Origin: an uncultured virus (IMG/VR IMGVR_UViG_2841800567_000010)
Lineage: Duplodnaviria > Heunggongvirae > Uroviricota > Caudoviricetes
Direction: 5' to 3' (one strand)
Length of the DNA stretch: 20,000 nt
IMG/VR virus record: IMGVR_UViG_2841800567_000010
The position numbers were made by a program, and so were the translations under genes. Position 1 is the first letter of the stretch. Each line of letters begins with the position of its first letter. Positions 15,056 to 20,000 of this stretch are shown here, one piece after another. The notes under the pieces are model-generated. The model ran no database searches, was not told the DNA's origin, and saw only the letters and a program-made list of their open reading frames with translations.

Positions 15056-15525
15056 GTGAGGCAACGATTTTAGATATGTGCTGCGGCTCTCGCATGTTCT
15101 GGCTTGATAAGCAGGACAGCAGAGCCGTTTTTTCTGATGTACGAAATGAGAGCCATACGCTATGTGATGGGCGGCTACTCAATATCGCGCCGGACGTGAT
15201 CGCTGATTTCCGCAGGTTGCCATTCCCTGCTGACACTTTCGCCCAGGTTGTTTTCGATCCGCCGCATCTCGACCGCGCCGGAGAAAATGGCTGGATGCGA
15301 AAAAAGTACGGCGCGCTGAATAAGGAAACATGGCGCGAGGATATCCGGGCGGGATTTACTGAAGCATTCCGCGTATTACGGCCACACGGAACGTTAATTT
15401 TTAAGTGGAACGAAACGCAGATACCGGTTAGCCAAGTCATCGCGCTGACCGATCAGAAACCGACTATCTGGCAGCGCACCGGCAAAGGCGATAAAACGCA
15501 CTGGATTTTATTCCTGAAACCTTAA
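15052..15525 (+). CDS. Small class I SAM-dependent methyltransferase, copy 2
   Basis: Same motifs as 12418-12897; about 76% aa identity by manual alignment; TTG start with TAAGGAG RBS. Confidence 0.88.
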   Translation: MSEATILDMCCGSRMFWLDKQDSRAVFSDVRNESHTLCDGRLLNIAPDVIADFRRLPFPADTFAQVVFDPPHLDRAGENGWMRKKYGALNKETWREDIRAGFTEAFRVLRPHGTLIFKWNETQIPVSQVIALTDQKPTIWQRTGKGDKTHWILFLKP

Positions 15526-15569
15526 TCCCCCTCCCCCACACATCGCAACCAAATAATCGAGGTATAGCT

Positions 15570-15767
15570 ATGCACCAACATCAGCTACAGCCAGACTCGC
15601 TTGTTGATCTGAAATTCATCATGGCGGATACTGGCTTCGGAAAGACGTTCATCTACGAACGCATCAAAGACGGCACCCTGCCTGCCTTATTCGATGTATG
15701 CAGGGGACACCATCCGCGGGTATTTCCACATCCAGCAAAGTCCACAAAATTCTTTAAATCCCTTTGA
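15570..15767 (+). pseudogene. AlpA/TorI-type excisionase, truncated after codon 38 and reading into att
   Basis: LQPDSLVDLKFIMADTGFGKTFIYERIKDGTLP matches the HK620 Xis/TorI N-terminus; the expected ...HGRARW... wing is absent and the frame runs through the att core. Confidence 0.8.
15690..15712 (+). other. att site: duplicated 3' end of tRNA-Arg(CCU) (argW-type)
   Basis: TTCGATGTATGCAGGGGACACCA versus recalled argW end TTCGATTCCTGCAGGGGACACCA; 14-bp core 15699-15712 ends in CCA. Confidence 0.8.
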
Positions 15768-15876
15768 TATAGCGGCTTCGCAGTCTCTGTAAATGTTTTG
15801 ACGTCCATTGCAATCCGCATACACGAAGGGGCATAATCAGGGGCACTTCGGTTCGATATTAAAAATGCCCCCTGAT

Positions 15877-17175
15877 ATGAAACTTACAGCACGACAGGTA
15901 GAAACTGCAAAGCCCAAAGACAAAGCCTATAAACTCGCTGATGGCATGGGGCTGTATCTGGAAGTTACCCCGCGAGGGTCCAAATACTGGCGCATGAAGT
16001 ACCGTCGCCCCTCTGACAAAAAGGAAGACAGATTGGCCTTTGGTGTCTGGCCTGCTGTTTCCCTAGCTGATGCCAGAGCTAAACGCGATGACGCCAAACG
16101 ACTACTGGCGAAGGGGTTTGATCCCAAAGCAGAACAGAAGGGGGCACAGGCTGAAGCAGAGGGGGCATATACTTTTGAAACCATCACCCGCCAGTGGTAT
16201 GGCGGGTGCCTGAAAAGGTGGACCCCGACACATGCACGAGCCGTATTAAGATCGCTGGAGCATTATGTTTTCCCACATATTGGCGGTGCTGACATACGAC
16301 AGCTTAAAACGCGCCAGCTTTTAGCCGCCGTCAACAGTGCTGATTCTGCGAATAAGCATGATGTTGCAAAGCGTCTGAGACAACGCATTACTTCTGTTAT
16401 GCGCTATGCCGTGCAGAACGGCCTTATTGATAGTAACCCTGCGCTGGATATGGCCGGTGCTGTGGAATCAGCAAAAACAAAACACCGCCCCACCCTTCCC
16501 CATGCCCGTTTTGGCGAACTTCTTTCCCGGATAAGCAATTACAGCGGCAGGCCTGTAACCCGCCTGGCGGTGGAGTTAACCCTGCTCACGTTTCTTCGTT
16601 CCAGTGAACTGCGTTTTGCCTGGTGGGATGAATTCGACTTTGATCGGGCTGTCTGGAATGTGCCCGCTAAACGGCCAGAAATCGAAGGTGTGCGCTATTC
16701 CTGGCGCGGGATGAAAATGGGAACCCCGCATGTTGTCCCTTTAAGTAAGCAGGCGCTGGCATTACTGGAAGAGCTAAAAGAGTTCAGCGGGAATAACAGC
16801 AGACTGTTTCCCGGCGACCACAACCCGCAACAGGTTATGAGTGAAAATACAGTCAATAAGGCGCTGAGAACTATGGGGTATGACACTAAAACAGAAGCCT
16901 GCGGGCATGGATTCCGAACGATGGCGTGCGGCGCTATGGCAGAATCGGGACTGTGGTCACGCGAGGCTGTAGAAATGCAGATGAGCCACCAGGAAAGAAA
17001 TGATGTGAGAGCGCCATATGTACATACCGCTGAATACCTGGAGGAAAGGCGCTTAATGATGCAATGGTGGGCTGATTATCTGGACGCCAACAGGTCTGCA
17101 CACGTTACGCCGTATGACTTCGCTCACGATACCGGGCAGGGGCATAATGTGGTTTCAATAGCAAAAAGGAAATGA
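15877..17175 (+). CDS. P4-family tyrosine integrase (alternative start 15865)
   Basis: MKLTARQVETAKPKDKAYKLADGMGLYLEV arm-binding domain; catalytic LRSSE, MKM, HGFR, MSH and Y; GGGGCA(T/C) arm-like repeats at 15828 and 15840, inverted at 15865. Confidence 0.93.
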   Translation: MKLTARQVETAKPKDKAYKLADGMGLYLEVTPRGSKYWRMKYRRPSDKKEDRLAFGVWPAVSLADARAKRDDAKRLLAKGFDPKAEQKGAQAEAEGAYTFETITRQWYGGCLKRWTPTHARAVLRSLEHYVFPHIGGADIRQLKTRQLLAAVNSADSANKHDVAKRLRQRITSVMRYAVQNGLIDSNPALDMAGAVESAKTKHRPTLPHARFGELLSRISNYSGRPVTRLAVELTLLTFLRSSELRFAWWDEFDFDRAVWNVPAKRPEIEGVRYSWRGMKMGTPHVVPLSKQALALLEELKEFSGNNSRLFPGDHNPQQVMSENTVNKALRTMGYDTKTEACGHGFRTMACGAMAESGLWSREAVEMQMSHQERNDVRAPYVHTAEYLEERRLMMQWWADYLDANRSAHVTPYDFAHDTGQGHNVVSIAKRK

Positions 17176-17210
17176 AATTCTACGCGCGCATACGTGAGCT
17201 TTATTTTACC

Positions 17211-17309
17211 TGTTTCATATGTTTCACTGTTTCAGTGACTAATATTTATAAATAAATCATAATATTAAGTGAAACAGGTATTGAAACAGGTTTTTGATAA
17301 TCTGTTTCA
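17211..17309. repeat. Iteron-like TGTTTCA array around an AT-rich core
   Basis: TGTTTCA at 17211, 17220, 17228 and 17303; inverted TGAAACA at 17270 and 17282; AT-rich 17240-17269. Confidence 0.65.
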
Positions 17310-17456
17310 CCCCCTACCCGGCATCAAAAGAACGAATTACGTTCTTTTCTTTATATTCAATAATATAGGGGGAATTTCCATTCTGGCTGGTGGCCGGAAT
17401 GAAAACTATGCAAGTCTGCACAGATTCGCAAACTGGCTAACCACCTGATTAAAGTA

Positions 17457-18073
17457 AAAGACCCCCTTCTTAGAAGGTGGCTTTCGAGAATGCCCCCTGT
17501 AAGGGGGGCTATTGTTACCTTCCTGTTTCTACTCTAGCAATTCCATCTGCTGTTCATGCGTTTGTTCCCTTTTCTCCTGATGCCCAACATATCGTCTGAT
17601 GATCTCTTCGTTTACCCCTACCGTATCGACAAAGTATCCACGTGACCAAAAATGGTTTCCCCATAACTTCTTTCTTATGTGAGGGAAACGATTGTAGAGT
17701 CTGATGGCGCTACGCCCTTTCAGGTGACCCATCAAGGTCGATATAGAGATTTTGGGCGGGACAATCACTACCAGATGTACATGATCTGGCTGAACATTTA
17801 ACTCCAGTACCTCACAATCTTTTATTCCGCAGAGAATATAGATTGTCCTGTAAAGTTCCTTGCCCAGCTTATCTTTCAGGATCCTGAATCGATACTTTGG
17901 CGTTCAGACTATGTGGTATTTGCAACGCCAATATACATGTGATGAACTCCTGTAAAGCCCCATGTCGGTCTGTCTCCTTTTACTTGTGGTGAGTAAGCAG
18001 AGATATTCCGGCATGGGCATTCTTCAGGCTATAGCCTTACAGGATCAATCACCACCTCCCTAGGAGGTGGTTT
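17457..18073 (-). mobile_element. IS200/IS605-family insertion sequence (tnpA only; ends approximate)
   Basis: Y1 transposase flanked by related subterminal hairpins ACCACCTCC-CTA-GGAGGTGGT (18051-18071) and AAGACCCCCTTCTTAGAAGGTGGCTT (about 17458-17483). Confidence 0.85.
17529..17963 (-). pseudogene. tnpA: IS200 HUH/Y1 transposase with in-frame stop at codon 20
   Basis: MGLYRSSSHVYWRCKYHIV*TPKYR...DHVH...FWSRGYF...RRYVGHQ; TGA at 17906-17904 where Trp is conserved. Confidence 0.9.
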
Positions 18074-18084
18074 AGGGATGACAA

Positions 18085-18607
18085 TTAATTTCCCCCATTG
18101 GGGGAAGTTGAATAAACCCACTGATTTTCATCAACGTACAAATTTGTACCATCAACCCGCCCCAGCGCACGACCAGAAATGTCCTCAAAACCGCACAGCA
18201 GAAATGCAGGCGTTTTCATCTGCACGGTAGCTTTCAGTACCAGATCCATATCCAGCCTGACGCCCAGCGCTACCAGACCGCCGTTAACGAAGTTCTCAGC
18301 CCCGGACAGCAGATTACGCACCTGCCATACGGTTGGTTTCAAATAAATCAGCCACATCGCGCAGAGACAGGCGCAGGACGTAATAAGCAAAGAGCACCTC
18401 GCGTTCTGCATCACGGCCAGCAACGTGCAGCCTCGATACGCAGGCGTCGATTATCAGGCCGTCCTCGTCGGTACAGGATGGACGCAAAGATGATTTACCC
18501 GCCAGCACTCCCCGGAAGGTGGTGCAGACCGCAGGCCATGCAGAACGGTTTTCTTCATGCGCCGCCCATTCTCCCCAGCGTTTCAGTACTGCCCGTATAT
18601 CGCGCAT
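18085..18607 (-). pseudogene. Phage antitermination Q-family gene, frameshifted
   Basis: MRDIRAVLKRWGEWAA, SCTDEDGLIIDACVSRL; C-terminal VRNLLSGAENFVNGGLVALGVRLDMD lies in another frame; one extra base near 18325; true 3' end uncertain. Confidence 0.8.
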
Positions 18608-18846
18608 TATTCAGCCCTCACCCTGTAAACGTTCATAACTTACTGATTTTGATTAATTCCGTCTAATCGTCGGAATCACCAGCCCACACCCATACTCAGT
18701 CTGCCCCCCTGCCAGTTATTTCGCGCATTGTTCAGCCCTCATCATTTCTCATCAAAACGTTTCAACCCGCCCCCTGCATTAAACACTAATCGATTGAATT
18801 TGCTTAAATGCGGTATTTCACCGTGTTCACCAGCTCACATCCTGAA

Positions 18847-18991
18847 CCCGGTTCGCATATTAAAAGTTCGCACTGGGGTTCGCACCAGAAACATCCTCAA
18901 AATCGCGCAGCAGAAAAACAGGCATTTGCTAACCTTTACCTTAATCCCCGGTACGCAAACACGAAGTACGCACTCTGGTACGCACCGGAAA
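18847..18991. repeat. Two degenerate 45-bp copies 100 bp apart, each with three GT(A/T)CGCA heptamers
   Basis: GTTCGCA at 18851, 18866, 18878; GTACGCA at 18951, 18966, 18978; 34/45 identity. Confidence 0.7.
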
Positions 18992-19160
18992 TACGGTCAG
19001 CGGAGTGACAGAGGCAACGATTTAAAATTGTTATCCCCACAGCCCAGGAATCTGCAAAAAATTACGTGCAGAGAGGGCGCAGCGTTTACACTCCGGCCCA
19101 CCAGCACGTATTATGCACTGTGAAGACCACAACGGACGATAACACAAGGATTGTATTAAT

Positions 19161-20000
19161 ATGACCGCACTACAGCTCCCGTGCATCATATTTAAAACCC
19201 AAAAATGGATGGACGACTACGGCGCCAGCGATATGCGCGGCGGGGATTTAACCAAAGCACAGTTAAAATCACAGTACCGGCTGGTGGATGTTTCCACCAG
19301 GGCCAACCCTTACACCCTGACGAAAATCACCCCGTTTACTCAGCCACAGTCTATGTTTTATGGCTCCCGTGGAGAAGGTGAGAAAATTACCCGTCAGCAG
19401 TGCGCGGCTATCCTGTTTGATGAATTCCGCAATTTATCGCGTTTGTTCTCGGTTTATGGCCCGTACAAACACCTTATCGAACAGATGATCACCCATATGC
19501 AGAACGGCAACGGTTCGCCCTTCAGCAGTATGCACCTGGACAGGGCGCTGAGAGAGCATATTCTCAGGGATAACTCTGAGGGAAATAGTACCCGTCTGCT
19601 ATTGGAAAAGGCTTTGAGCAAAAATATAGACTGGAATAATAAATATTATCCCGAAATAGAAAAGGGAAAACTAAATGAAGCTATATCTCGCGGAAGGTTG
19701 CCAAAATTCGACAGATTCCAGGATAACTTTAACGGCATGGGTATAACTGTCCACGACACTTGGGCAACACACATCACTATAAAATCGCTACAGGTTGATA
19801 ATGATCGTTACCGGGCGGTGGTGCATTACAAAGTCCAGGATCACTTTGGCCTTGATGTTGACGATATTTCAAAATTCAAGTTCAACCAGTTCCGCTTCTT
19901 TCGTATCTGGTTTGTACTCCAGCGTTATAATCAGTTTGGTTTCAGGCCATTTATGACCAACATGGAAGCCACCATAGAAATTACTGGAGACCGAAAGTGA
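19161..20000 (+). CDS. DUF3289 / YPO3983-family conserved hypothetical protein
   Basis: PCIIFKTQKWMDDYGASDMR, GMGITVHDTWATHITI, YKVQDHFGLD, FRIWFVLQR; AAGGA RBS; stop at 19998-20000. Confidence 0.78.
   Translation: MTALQLPCIIFKTQKWMDDYGASDMRGGDLTKAQLKSQYRLVDVSTRANPYTLTKITPFTQPQSMFYGSRGEGEKITRQQCAAILFDEFRNLSRLFSVYGPYKHLIEQMITHMQNGNGSPFSSMHLDRALREHILRDNSEGNSTRLLLEKALSKNIDWNNKYYPEIEKGKLNEAISRGRLPKFDRFQDNFNGMGITVHDTWATHITIKSLQVDNDRYRAVVHYKVQDHFGLDVDDISKFKFNQFRFFRIWFVLQRYNQFGFRPFMTNMEATIEITGDRK

Larger units (their letters stand above)
1..15712. mobile_element. Lambdoid prophage, early region (continues off the left edge; right end at a tRNA-derived att core)
   Basis: Canonical order ninG-ninB-P-O-cII-cro / cI / N-cIII-erf-ea genes-xis-att, with operators, nut sites and ori iterons. 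Confidence 0.95.

Noticed and set aside
15690..15712. Intact tRNA gene
   Set aside because: Only the 3'-terminal 23 nt or so are present, with a disrupted T-arm; upstream sequence is xis coding
18728..19123. 131-aa and 66-aa plus-strand ORFs
   Set aside because: No RBS or recognisable motifs; they span an intergenic repeat region

Overview
Positions 1-15712 are the early half of a lambdoid prophage from an enterobacterium, inverted relative to the lambda map. The PR operon is on the minus strand: cro, cII, Rha/KilAC antirepressor, O-like and P-like replication genes, a c4-RNA-controlled BRO/P22-AR antirepressor cassette, ninB, a C5 DNA methyltransferase and ninG. On the plus strand are cI and the PL operon: N, HNH-AP2 endonuclease, cIII, erf, ea-region genes, two paralogous small SAM-dependent methyltransferases and an AlpA-type excisionase. 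The prophage ends at a copy of the tRNA-Arg(CCU)/argW 3' end (att core, 15699-15712), where the excisionase appears truncated by a deletion. Beyond that lie a second, P4-family integrase with an iteron-like array, an IS200-type element with a nonsense-mutated tnpA, a frameshifted Q-like antiterminator gene and a DUF3289/YPO3983-like gene. Main highlights: (1) a 225-codon ORF with its own RBS nested out of frame inside the C5 methyltransferase, supplying the motif IX-like segment the main frame lacks (two-polypeptide overlapping-gene MTase, as in M.EcoHK31I); (2) a complete a1-b1 / c4 / a2-b2 antisense switch driving an antirepressor; (3) a matched non-canonical N/boxB pair and a large structured RNA in the N leader; (4) an apparently excision-disabled prophage in a tandem array at argW. 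Family assignments are from motif recognition by eye; no database search was run.
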